IMG/VR virus record: IMGVR_UViG_3300002307_000048
Span: 7,693-71,692 of that record
Source of the DNA: a virus
Taxonomy: Duplodnaviria > Caudoviricetes
DNA length: 64,000 nucleotides
Strand: one strand, 5' to 3'
A program made the position numbers and the translations under genes. How positions within the stretch are numbered: position 1 is the stretch's first letter; every line of letters starts with the position of its first letter. Below, piece by piece: positions 8,772-16,922 of the stretch. The notes beneath the pieces were generated by a model, which ran no database searches, was not told the DNA's origin, and saw only the letters and a list, made by a program, of their open reading frames with translations.

Positions 8772-9437
8772 TTATTCTTTGGGAGGAACTAATGCATTTA
8801 TTTTTTCAGTGATTTGTGTAGCCCATGGAATTTCTTTCATTACTTCTAAATATAAGGTCTTATTCCATCTAGCATCTACAAGCGCATGATGGGCATCCCC
8901 TGGATCTGGTGCAACTTCATCTTTCCATTCTGAGGTTAACCCAAAAGTTTCCATGAGCTGTTTTATATCCATGCAAAACATAGGGAATCCCTTTGGTAAT
9001 TGCATCATGGAACCAAATATCCAGCAAAATACAACCCAATCATAGTCGGCATAATATCCCCAAAACTGAGGACGATTGCGTAATGCCGAAACTGTATTAT
9101 ATGGGACAAACTCTTTACCAGTCCAACTAAATCCAACAAAATCAGCTATGTAAGATCTTATTTCATAAATTGGGGTTCCATAATCGCTAAAAATACGCCT
9201 CATTTTATGTAACGTAAATTCAGTATATTTAAGCGGATATCTAGCATTATATTCATTAAATATAGCTTTTAATACATTATCCTTTAACCATTCGTGTTCA
9301 TTCCATATTGCGGATAGATTAACATCTGAGTTTAAAAGATACAGCTCTGTCCCGTCCTCACATACTATCCCGATTGAAATCAAATCAATAGTATTCGGTT
9401 TTTCATAAAATTCGGTGTCTAAAAAATACTTGATCAT
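8772..9437 (-). CDS. DEDDh 3'-5' exo(ribo)nuclease (Rv2179c/RNase AS-like)
   Basis: YFLDTEF...LISIGIV, FWGYYADYDWVV and HHALVDARW motifs. Confidence 0.85.
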   Translation of the reverse strand: MIKYFLDTEFYEKPNTIDLISIGIVCEDGTELYLLNSDVNLSAIWNEHEWLKDNVLKAIFNEYNARYPLKYTEFTLHKMRRIFSDYGTPIYEIRSYIADFVGFSWTGKEFVPYNTVSALRNRPQFWGYYADYDWVVFCWIFGSMMQLPKGFPMFCMDIKQLMETFGLTSEWKDEVAPDPGDAHHALVDARWNKTLYLEVMKEIPWATQITEKINALVPPKE

Positions 9438-9449
9438 TGGTTTATAAAT

Positions 9450-9833
9450 TTAAGAAGTTGCTCCAGGTTGAGAAATAGGCGCACTGCCAGTATTATTATA
9501 AATAGCATCCGCTGGATCCAGAACTTTATTTAACAAGTCTGTAACCGGGCCTGCAGGCAATTGGTTTGTTATATTAGCCAAAGAAACCTTAGCATCTTGC
9601 ACTTTACGCCCAAACAATACTGTAGCCCCACTCATGGCAATTGCTACCGATAAGGAGGCTAATGTAATGTAAAGCGGTATGCGTGTGATATCCTTGATGC
9701 ATAAGCATACAATTACTATTGCTGTGAATAGCCCAAGGCCAATGACAAGGCAAAGCAGCGATCCAATTGCTGATGCTGATACTTTGCCGTCTGAGTTGCG
9801 AATCATGTCGCTCCATTTGAAATCGTTTTTCAT
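9450..9833 (-). CDS. Two-TM membrane protein (possibly holin-like)
   Basis: Two hydrophobic helices after RNSDGKVSAS, then a polar tail. Confidence 0.5.
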   Translation of the reverse strand: MKNDFKWSDMIRNSDGKVSASAIGSLLCLVIGLGLFTAIVIVCLCIKDITRIPLYITLASLSVAIAMSGATVLFGRKVQDAKVSLANITNQLPAGPVTDLLNKVLDPADAIYNNTGSAPISQPGATS

Positions 9834-9854
9834 ATAATTGTTTTAAAAAGTTTG

Positions 9855-9898
9855 AACCCGGGCCGCGAATCGAACGCGGCACTTGCTCCAAGCGGGTT
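9855..9898 (-). ncRNA. Miniature tRNA-like element (acceptor-like stem plus T-arm; no D or anticodon arm)
   Basis: Minus strand AACCCG-CTTG/GAG/CAAG-T-GCCGCG/TTCGATT/CGCGGC-C-CGGGTT; GC-rich island in an AT-rich spacer. Confidence 0.5.
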
Positions 9899-10259
9899 AG
9901 TGACCTGCAAGATCTAAAAATGGTTTTAAAGAATGAACTACCTGCCGGAACAGAAAGTCTTTGCTTTGTTGAGACACTGGTAGTTGCTCATACGGAACAA
10001 AGCAAGGGTGTTCCTTAGTTTCAGGGTTCTTTACTTCACCATACTTCCATCCTTCTTCTGCCTTTTGTTTCAGCCAGCTTTCATGCGAGGCAGATGGTTT
10101 GGCATCAGGATTATCCAAATGGAACTGTACGCCATTCACAGCGGACGATCTTTGCCATTCAGGCGCATCAGCCCATTCAGGTTGTGAATAATCTCCTATG
10201 CTCTCGCAATAGGCTTTGTTGATTTCGTGTGCTACGATAGCAATGTGTACTACATTCAT
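9897..10259 (-). CDS. RyR-domain protein
   Basis: HESWLKQKAEEGWKYGEVK...KEHPCFVPYEQLP...KD matches the RyR repeat pattern. Confidence 0.8.
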   Translation of the reverse strand: MNVVHIAIVAHEINKAYCESIGDYSQPEWADAPEWQRSSAVNGVQFHLDNPDAKPSASHESWLKQKAEEGWKYGEVKNPETKEHPCFVPYEQLPVSQQSKDFLFRQVVHSLKPFLDLAGH

Positions 10260-10326
10260 ATTGATTAATTTAATTTGTTGACTTGTTAATAGGCGAGTTC
10301 TAAGGCTCTTTGTCGGCTTTATTCAC

Positions 10327-10665
10327 TCATGATATTAATATTTTACAGTTTGGATCCTCAATACAGGCTTCTAACCAGTCTTCCAGAACTCCAATAAATA
10401 TTTCATAGTTGCCCCACCCATTTTTAGGCTCCAATGGCATATATTCTTTCTTGTTAACCTTCATATCCTCTATCATTTTTGTAAGGATAGGCTGTGCTTC
10501 TAAAGCTGTTTTACCTGTAAAGAAAGTAATTATACTTTCTACATCATAGCCGGACGCTTTAAGTGCCTTATGCCACATTTTAGAGGCGTTATATGTGCAA
10601 TTAATACACCATACTGTATGGTATTCATTGCCAGTGTCTATTGTTAAACTTATATCGAAACTCAT
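10327..10665 (-). CDS. Hypothetical phage protein
   Basis: 112-aa ORF with NCTYN and PKNGWG segments; packed in the operon. Confidence 0.7.
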   Translation of the reverse strand: MSFDISLTIDTGNEYHTVWCINCTYNASKMWHKALKASGYDVESIITFFTGKTALEAQPILTKMIEDMKVNKKEYMPLEPKNGWGNYEIFIGVLEDWLEACIEDPNCKILIS

Positions 10666-10672
10666 GGCTTAT

Positions 10673-11722
10673 TTATTTTATCACCGCTTCAAAATCCTTA
10701 CCATCTATCGTAACCTTAACAACAGTACCTGATTTTATAACTGTTTCATTTTCGGACTCTTTTTCTTCAGGTAAACCTACCTCGTTAAGTTCGCCAAAAC
10801 ACACCGTGCCATGTTCCAGTTTTCCACACGTTATTTGCGTTTCTTCTTTAGTCGGAACTTTCCATAAAGCAAGTCCGGCAAAAATTCTTAGTTTGATGTT
10901 TAGGTTGATTTTACATTCTATTCTCAAACCTGCCTCGATGCTCGAACCTGCCTTGATGCTCGAACCTGCCTTGATGCCATAACCTGCCTTGATGCTCGAA
11001 CCTGCCTTGATGCTCAAACCTGCCTCGATGCCCCAACCTGCCTCGATGCTCAAATCTGCCTCGATGCCCCAACCTGCCTCGATGCTCAAATCTGCCTCGA
11101 TGCCCCAACCTGCCTTGATGCCCCAACCTGCCTTGATGCTCAAACCTGCCTTGATGCCATAACCTGCCTCGATGCCATAACCTGCCTTGATGCTCGAACC
11201 TGCCTTGATGCCCCAACCTGCCTCGATGCTCAAACCTGCCTCGATGCCATAACCTGCCTCGATGCTCAAACCTGCCTTGATGCTCGAACCTGCCTTGATG
11301 CTCAAACCTGCCTTGATGCTCGAACCTGCCTTGATGCCCCAATCTGCCTCGATGCCCCAACCTGCCTTGATGCTCAAATCTGCCTCGATGCTCAAACCTG
11401 CCTCGATGCCATAACCTGCCTCGATGCTCGAACCTGCCTCGATGCTCGAACCTGCCTTGATGCTCGAACCTGCCTTGATGCTCAAACCTGCCTCGATGCC
11501 CCAACCTGCCTCGATGCTCAAATCTGCCTCGATGCCCCAACCTGCCTTGATGCCCGAACCTGCCTTGGCTAAAATATAGCCACTAACTTTTAGGAACTTG
11601 AATTTTACCCATCCAATTTTTTCATCTATTTCAAGATTGCCATTGAATGATAGTATTTCATCGCTTCCTAAGAAGTTGCCATCCTTGTCAAAATCTGATT
11701 TTGTTAATTTTTTCGTTTCCAT
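10673..11722 (-). CDS. Hexapeptide-repeat (predicted beta-solenoid) protein
   Basis: 36 tandem I(K/E)A(G/D)(W/L/S/Y)(G/S) units flanked by unique N- and C-terminal segments. Confidence 0.85.
   Translation of the reverse strand: METKKLTKSDFDKDGNFLGSDEILSFNGNLEIDEKIGWVKFKFLKVSGYILAKAGSGIKAGWGIEADLSIEAGWGIEAGLSIKAGSSIKAGSSIEAGSSIEAGYGIEAGLSIEADLSIKAGWGIEADWGIKAGSSIKAGLSIKAGSSIKAGLSIEAGYGIEAGLSIEAGWGIKAGSSIKAGYGIEAGYGIKAGLSIKAGWGIKAGWGIEADLSIEAGWGIEADLSIEAGWGIEAGLSIKAGSSIKAGYGIKAGSSIKAGSSIEAGLRIECKINLNIKLRIFAGLALWKVPTKEETQITCGKLEHGTVCFGELNEVGLPEEKESENETVIKSGTVVKVTIDGKDFEAVIK
10922..11569 (-). repeat. 18-bp tandem repeat array, 36 units
   Basis: Coding-strand unit ATC-RAG-GCA-GRT-(TGG/TTG/TCG/TAT)-RGC; 648 bp counted by hand. 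Confidence 0.95.
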
Positions 11723-11745
11723 GTTATATTAGTTAATTTATTTGT

Positions 11746-11895
11746 TTAAATGTCGTAATTTATTGGTTCATTCACATTCGGGTGTATTAATGTTTTTTTA
11801 ATGACCATGCCAAAAGGTAAAAACCCATATCTTTTTTTTGATTCCCTTCTTTTTTTGAGTAACCATTCATTATACAGTTTATCGTTGTTATCCAT
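11746..11895 (-). CDS. Small hypothetical protein, 49 aa
   Basis: Hand translation MDNNDKLYNEWLL...; fills the intergenic gap. Confidence 0.4.
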   Translation of the reverse strand: MDNNDKLYNEWLLKKRRESKKRYGFLPFGMVIKKTLIHPNVNEPINYDI

Positions 11896-11900
11896 AGCTG

Positions 11901-12365
11901 TTATATTTTAATAATTCCTTTAGCTGCCAAATCTTTAAGGCATTGATTGTACCCTGAATTAGTAAACCATTCTTCGGGGTTGTCGTGGACTTTAGTAATA
12001 GATGATTCTGTTTGCCACTTAATCATATCCCTGCAATCCATTGGTTCAGATGCTATATCAATGGCCTCGTTTTTGTACTTTTCTATAAATTCGTCCTGTT
12101 TAAAAGGGGTTGTATCTCCTATCAGTTCGTAGTCCTCTCCTACTTCGGGGGCTACCTGTATCGGCCTTGTCTCGTAGTTAATATTGACGCGATAACCTAC
12201 CCAATGTTTAGGGACTGGAAACCAACGGTCACCATCTTTACGCTTGCACTCATCCCCTTCTTTGAAGACACCTTGTTCCGGCTGTAATTCATTTTCAATC
12301 TTTGCTATCGTACCCTTTAAAGAGCGGATATTTTTTATCAGTTCTTCTTGATGTGATTGTATCAT
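11901..12365 (-). CDS. Hypothetical protein
   Basis: 154-aa ORF; ATGA overlap with the upstream small ORF. Confidence 0.7.
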   Translation of the reverse strand: MIQSHQEELIKNIRSLKGTIAKIENELQPEQGVFKEGDECKRKDGDRWFPVPKHWVGYRVNINYETRPIQVAPEVGEDYELIGDTTPFKQDEFIEKYKNEAIDIASEPMDCRDMIKWQTESSITKVHDNPEEWFTNSGYNQCLKDLAAKGIIKI

Positions 12366-12526
12366 TTTATATGTGATTTAATTATCTTGATAAATCGTAT
12401 TGTAGGCAGGGTTAAGGTTATGTAGTAGCATCGTATACCCTCTTTGGTTATGCCCATAGCATCAGGGGCACAGCTTCTTTTACGGACTATACGCGCTGTC
12501 CTGTCGGTAAATTCAATGTATGTCAT
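12362..12526 (-). CDS. Small hypothetical protein, 54 aa
   Basis: Hand translation MTYIEFTDRTARIVR...; ATGA-coupled to the next gene. Confidence 0.45.
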   Translation of the reverse strand: MTYIEFTDRTARIVRKRSCAPDAMGITKEGIRCYYITLTLPTIRFIKIIKSHIK

Positions 12527-12740
12527 TTATTTCTGTTTTTACGTTGTTGTGCCCTTCTTTCTCTGATAAGTCCATTATTATTTTATTAGACATAAATTCC
12601 AAATCCCCATTACCATGGAAATAAAGTAACCCATGATTACGCATCCACCTTTTAAACCGTTCGGACGGTTCGTATCCATCAAAGTTTATTTTAAGCATAA
12701 ACCCTGGCGTTTTTACTGTTTCGGGATATCTAAATGCCAT
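12513..12740 (-). CDS. Hypothetical protein
   Basis: 75-aa ORF starting just after the tRNA-like element. Confidence 0.6.
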   Translation of the reverse strand: MAFRYPETVKTPGFMLKINFDGYEPSERFKRWMRNHGLLYFHGNGDLEFMSNKIIMDLSEKEGHNNVKTEINDIH

Positions 12741-12755
12741 GTTATAAAAATTATG

Positions 12756-12833
12756 CGGGAATCGCTGGGATTGAACCAGCTCTATACTTTGATGTTATCT
12801 TTAGTATTTATGCACCATTTACACTACACTCCC
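12756..12833 (-). ncRNA. Pseudo-tRNA / tRNA-like RNA with an expanded anticodon arm
   Basis: Acceptor GGGAGTG/GATTCCC, U8A9, D-arm GTGT-AAATGGT-GCAT, T-arm GCTGG-TTCAATC-CCAGC; anticodon arm ATACT/AGTAT with a 14-nt loop. Confidence 0.6.
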
Positions 12834-12908
12834 GTGTGCCGGATTTTTCGTATCTGAAAATACCGGCTAAAAGTCCCTGGTGTGCACGGGCCCAGCACCC
12901 TTCTTTTA

Positions 12909-14276
12909 TTATTCCGTTATCGTACTGGCACCTTCACTTGTCGGGCCACTCACTGGAATATTATTGGCAGATTCGATTTCCTGTCTTTCCTGTCTTTCTT
13001 CAATAAGGATTGCCAACGTCATGAATGAAGTATAAGGAGATAATACAGACGTTTGGCCTGAATTATCCAGCTCCTCAACATGATTTACTGCCAACTCATG
13101 CAATACGGCATCCCTGAATTCTTTGTCAGGATAGCATTGTATTATGTGAGCTGCCTGCTTTTCTGTGAGAGGCTCAGCTACTTTGTTTACCAAGTCAGGG
13201 TACATTGTGCTGATCTGGTCCATGAACGCTGTAGCGGGCTCCAATTGCGGTTCTGGTGCAGGTATAACAGGAACGGTAACAGGTTCTGTTGGTGATGAAA
13301 TTGTTACTTCACCTGATGGCTGCGAACTTGTTGTTACAGGCGCATCCATAATAAGGCCACTAGTTGATTGTCCAGTTATCGTAGATCCACCTGATGAACT
13401 TGTTCCATCTGTTTGTGTAGCTGGTGACAAATTGGCTCCATCTGCGTTTGACGGTCCTATCGCTGGATTGTCTTCTGTAGTATCTGTCGGAAAAGCCGGA
13501 CTTGTAGCAGGATCGGATACGGAAGCTGGGCTCTGGCCATTCGTTGCATTCAAGTCTGGTGACAAGGTTGTATCCGGCAGCACGTTTGGGTCAATCGAAG
13601 CTCCATCCTTGATTGATTGGGCTTCTTGTTCGCCTGTCACGGAGGTGTTTCCGTTTGGGATTGCATCCTGAATAATAGGCGCATCCGTATTAGGCAATGG
13701 GATAACAGGCGTTTCAGGCGCTACTGGCGTAAGTTCTCCAACCAAAGGTAGCATCCAATCCAATGCATGATTAGCCTCAACCAAATGCTGAATAGAATTA
13801 CCCAATGCAATAAATCCTTCATCAAAGAACTGACTAGGGCATCCACCATTATTGGTTAACAAATTAACACTCGTAGTGCCTTGATGCTGGTACTGATTTT
13901 TATAGATAGCCTTCAATCCTGCGATCTCGTCTGCCAACGTACCACGGACAAACTTAATCCTAGCTACCAAATCCCATTCCGGTTCAAACATGTCTGCAGT
14001 TTGACTACCGGCATCTGTTGGCACATCTGTTGACGGCTCTACCGTCTTAACATTAGGGTCACGGCTGGTAGGATAGGGATCTGGCTGAGAAAGGTTTTTC
14101 AATACTTCACCCAACCAATTACGGCTGTTACGAAGCTTTTGCAATGCCTCTGCATGAAGCGAAGACATTTCATCGCTGTACTGATCTGTTTTTTTGTAAA
14201 CCAGCGAGCTGATCGCCAGATACAGGACAATAAAACGGGCCCTTGTTAATTTGAGTTTACTGACAATTGGATACAT
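12909..14276 (-). CDS. Helical-hairpin N-terminal region plus long P/T/S/D-rich disordered region
   Basis: N-terminal WLGEVLKNLSQPDPYPTSRDP...EPSTD; low-complexity centre. Confidence 0.75.
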   Translation of the reverse strand: MYPIVSKLKLTRARFIVLYLAISSLVYKKTDQYSDEMSSLHAEALQKLRNSRNWLGEVLKNLSQPDPYPTSRDPNVKTVEPSTDVPTDAGSQTADMFEPEWDLVARIKFVRGTLADEIAGLKAIYKNQYQHQGTTSVNLLTNNGGCPSQFFDEGFIALGNSIQHLVEANHALDWMLPLVGELTPVAPETPVIPLPNTDAPIIQDAIPNGNTSVTGEQEAQSIKDGASIDPNVLPDTTLSPDLNATNGQSPASVSDPATSPAFPTDTTEDNPAIGPSNADGANLSPATQTDGTSSSGGSTITGQSTSGLIMDAPVTTSSQPSGEVTISSPTEPVTVPVIPAPEPQLEPATAFMDQISTMYPDLVNKVAEPLTEKQAAHIIQCYPDKEFRDAVLHELAVNHVEELDNSGQTSVLSPYTSFMTLAILIEERQERQEIESANNIPVSGPTSEGASTITE

Positions 14277-14305
14277 AAAAAAGTATTTAAAAAGGTTAAA
14301 AAAAA

Positions 14306-15355
14306 TTACAATAACTTATTCACGTTAAGGGATCTATCCCCATTTTTGTTTTCTTTCCAGGTAACACAACCGCCCTCCATCCCAAAATCCAGAATGTTGC
14401 TCCCTTTCATGTAGTTTTTGATAAGGCTAGCGTAGAAATCTTTGTTTTTGGTTATAAGATTAATTTCCTGAGTGCATTGCCTATATTTCTGGCAAGTATC
14501 AAAAATTTCATCATTACCCTTTATTACTTGATCAACTACAGAAAACCGTTTATTAAGATATTTGTTTCTTGATTCGGCATCTGCAATAGTTGGTATAGGT
14601 TCATTTTCATCCAATAGTGCCTGCATATCCTCAATAAAGTTTTGATCTCCGGTTGACTGAGCAGCCCTTAACTCTCCCATGAGCATACGGCCTTTCTGGA
14701 TACGATCCCAAAAAGGTATAGCGGCATCCAGTATATTTTCAAAAATGCTCTTGCTAAATGGGAAAGGGATAATATCAAGCTTACTGCCATCTTTCAATAC
14801 AGCCAGCTCAGCATATTCCAATTCGCATATCCCTAAGTATGACATTATCTGCAGTACGTATTGTGGGGGAACTTCTGCCTCCCATTGTTTCATGGCGTAA
14901 TCACGAACTGTTTTAATCTCCAGAAGCCCTTCTGTTTCCAGAATACCGCCATCAAATATACGAACCTGATTCTTATTTATTAACCGATCGACATTCCCAA
15001 GTAATGCTGGATAAGCAGGGTTCTTTACAATGTAATTGTAGTTTCGGCATTTCCGGAAAATAAATTCTTTGCCTTTTTCAGATCGTTCTATCATGCCATC
15101 AATGGTTCCATCATAGTATTGCCAGTTCCGGGCAATCGTAGATTCATGCTGGTGTCCCCAATGCATTGCTTCATTCCCAAACTTTTGCAATGGTGCAGCG
15201 CCTATCTTTCGGTGATAAAGCTCCAGTTGGCTTTCATACGGATTTAAGCACATCAACGTACCTATTTCGGATCCGCCAATACCGTTTTGCCTTTGCTGCA
15301 ACCATTGTTGCTCAGGCATGTTCTTTGTTGAGATTAAGATTAATTTACTATTCAT
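14306..15355 (-). CDS. YqaJ-like viral recombinase / lambda-exonuclease-family nuclease
   Basis: WLQQRQNGIGGSE, AMHWGH.HE, GNVD, LEIKT and QYVLQIMSYL motifs. Confidence 0.92.
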   Translation of the reverse strand: MNSKLILISTKNMPEQQWLQQRQNGIGGSEIGTLMCLNPYESQLELYHRKIGAAPLQKFGNEAMHWGHQHESTIARNWQYYDGTIDGMIERSEKGKEFIFRKCRNYNYIVKNPAYPALLGNVDRLINKNQVRIFDGGILETEGLLEIKTVRDYAMKQWEAEVPPQYVLQIMSYLGICELEYAELAVLKDGSKLDIIPFPFSKSIFENILDAAIPFWDRIQKGRMLMGELRAAQSTGDQNFIEDMQALLDENEPIPTIADAESRNKYLNKRFSVVDQVIKGNDEIFDTCQKYRQCTQEINLITKNKDFYASLIKNYMKGSNILDFGMEGGCVTWKENKNGDRSLNVNKLL

Positions 15356-15392
15356 GTTGTTTCTGTTGTTATTGGTTTATAATTAAATATTG

Positions 15393-16883
15393 TTAAAATG
15401 GCATGTCTTCTTCATCATCTTTATACGGGAGCCTTTTTTGATAAGGAGTTGGTTCAATGGCTCTTATCAAGTGTTCGTCTAGATCTTCATCCACAAACGT
15501 AGCTAGGTAGTCAATAAATTTGACTACAATAACATCTGTAGGGCCATGTCTATTCTTAGCTAGGATAAGCTCAGTTAATCCTGGCGGCAAGGCGTTATGG
15601 TTAGCATCTTCTGTTACTCCATAGTATTCCGGACGGTGAATAAATATTACCTGGTCAGCATCTTGTTCTATCGCACCAGATTCACGTAAATCTGATAATA
15701 TAGGTCTTTTTTGCCCTCCTCGTTGTTCCGTAGCCCGGCTTAACTGCGATAATAAAATAATAGGAATACCAAGTTTTTTGGCAAGTTGCTTTATGGCTCT
15801 GGAAATAGCACTGATCTCCTGTTCCCTCATTGTTGATTTGGAGGAACTCCCGCTATTAAGTTGTAATAGCTGCAGGTAATCAATGATTATAACTTCAACC
15901 CCAAGCTTTTTCATTTTGGTAGCACTTGCTGTTAAATCCAATAGGGTTTTTACCTCATCATCAATATATATGCCCCATTCTTCCATGTGTAAACATGCAG
16001 CAAGCACAAATTCCATTTGATCATTAGTGGCTGTTTTGTTCCGGATAGTCCTAGCAGATATTTTGGCCTCCTCGCATATTATTTTGATAGCCAGTTGGTC
16101 TGCCGTCATTTCAAGCGACATAATACCAACTTTCTTTTTTTGATTTTTTGCAGATTTTTTAGCTACACTGGTAATTAAAGACGTTTTACCCATCCCTGGC
16201 CTTGCAGCAATAACACATATATCACCAGCTTGTAATCCGCCTAATGCTTCATCAAGCTTTTTATATCCAGTCAGAAACCCATGATCTTCCTCTTGTGGGT
16301 TATTGTTGGATTCTATGACACTTTTATAGATCTTGAAAATTATATCAAAAAGCTTTTGGATACGATTAGCGCTTTTTATATCAATAATACTAGCCAACAT
16401 TGTCTGAGCGGAACCTACGGTATCCCAAACCTCTATTGTTTCATCATAAGCATCCCTTTGTATTTCAGAAGTCATGCTTATAAGTTGCCTGGACATGTAC
16501 TTCTGCATTATTATTAATGCATGATGTTCAATATTGGCTGCAGAAGCAACTCTATTTGTTAACTCGCTAATATAAAAGGCCCCTCCAGAAAATTCCAACT
16601 TGCCAGTTTTTCGGAGCTCGTTTGTTACGGTAAGAAGGTCAATTGGCTCATTCCTTGTAAACAAAGAGGTCATAGCCGTAAATATTTCCTTATGTTCGTC
16701 TTTATAAAAACAATCAGAATGAAGCAGTCCGGCTATAACAGAATAAGCCTCTCTTTCCAGCATTAAAGCCCCCAATACAACTTCTTCCGTATCAACGGAT
16801 TGTGGCTGTAACTTACCCATATCCCCCATAATAGTTATAGGGTTCTTGCGCTGTATGCGGGTATTTTTAGTGGGATCTGACAT
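15393..16883 (-). CDS. dnaB: Replicative DNA helicase
   Basis: AARPGMGKT Walker A, IIIDYLQL, LSQLSR, DLRESGAIEQDAD, AKNRHGP. Confidence 0.97.
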   Translation of the reverse strand: MSDPTKNTRIQRKNPITIMGDMGKLQPQSVDTEEVVLGALMLEREAYSVIAGLLHSDCFYKDEHKEIFTAMTSLFTRNEPIDLLTVTNELRKTGKLEFSGGAFYISELTNRVASAANIEHHALIIMQKYMSRQLISMTSEIQRDAYDETIEVWDTVGSAQTMLASIIDIKSANRIQKLFDIIFKIYKSVIESNNNPQEEDHGFLTGYKKLDEALGGLQAGDICVIAARPGMGKTSLITSVAKKSAKNQKKKVGIMSLEMTADQLAIKIICEEAKISARTIRNKTATNDQMEFVLAACLHMEEWGIYIDDEVKTLLDLTASATKMKKLGVEVIIIDYLQLLQLNSGSSSKSTMREQEISAISRAIKQLAKKLGIPIILLSQLSRATEQRGGQKRPILSDLRESGAIEQDADQVIFIHRPEYYGVTEDANHNALPPGLTELILAKNRHGPTDVIVVKFIDYLATFVDEDLDEHLIRAIEPTPYQKRLPYKDDEEDMPF

Positions 16884-16922
16884 AATTATTCTTTAAATGC
16901 TGAAAACGCAACAAACATGTAT

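Noticed and set aside
10911-11540. Alternative-frame ORF of HRGRFE/HQGRLG repeats
   Set aside because: A stop-free shadow of the 18-bp array with no unique flanking domains or plausible start context.
10922-11569. Repeat array as a CRISPR
   Set aside because: Units are contiguous 18-mers with no unique spacers, lie in frame within a CDS, and no cas genes are present.
12734-13006. Plus-strand 90-aa ORF containing AGIEPA
   Set aside because: AGIEP is the typical antisense translation of a tRNA T-arm; the ORF is a shadow of the pseudo-tRNA and adjacent gene.
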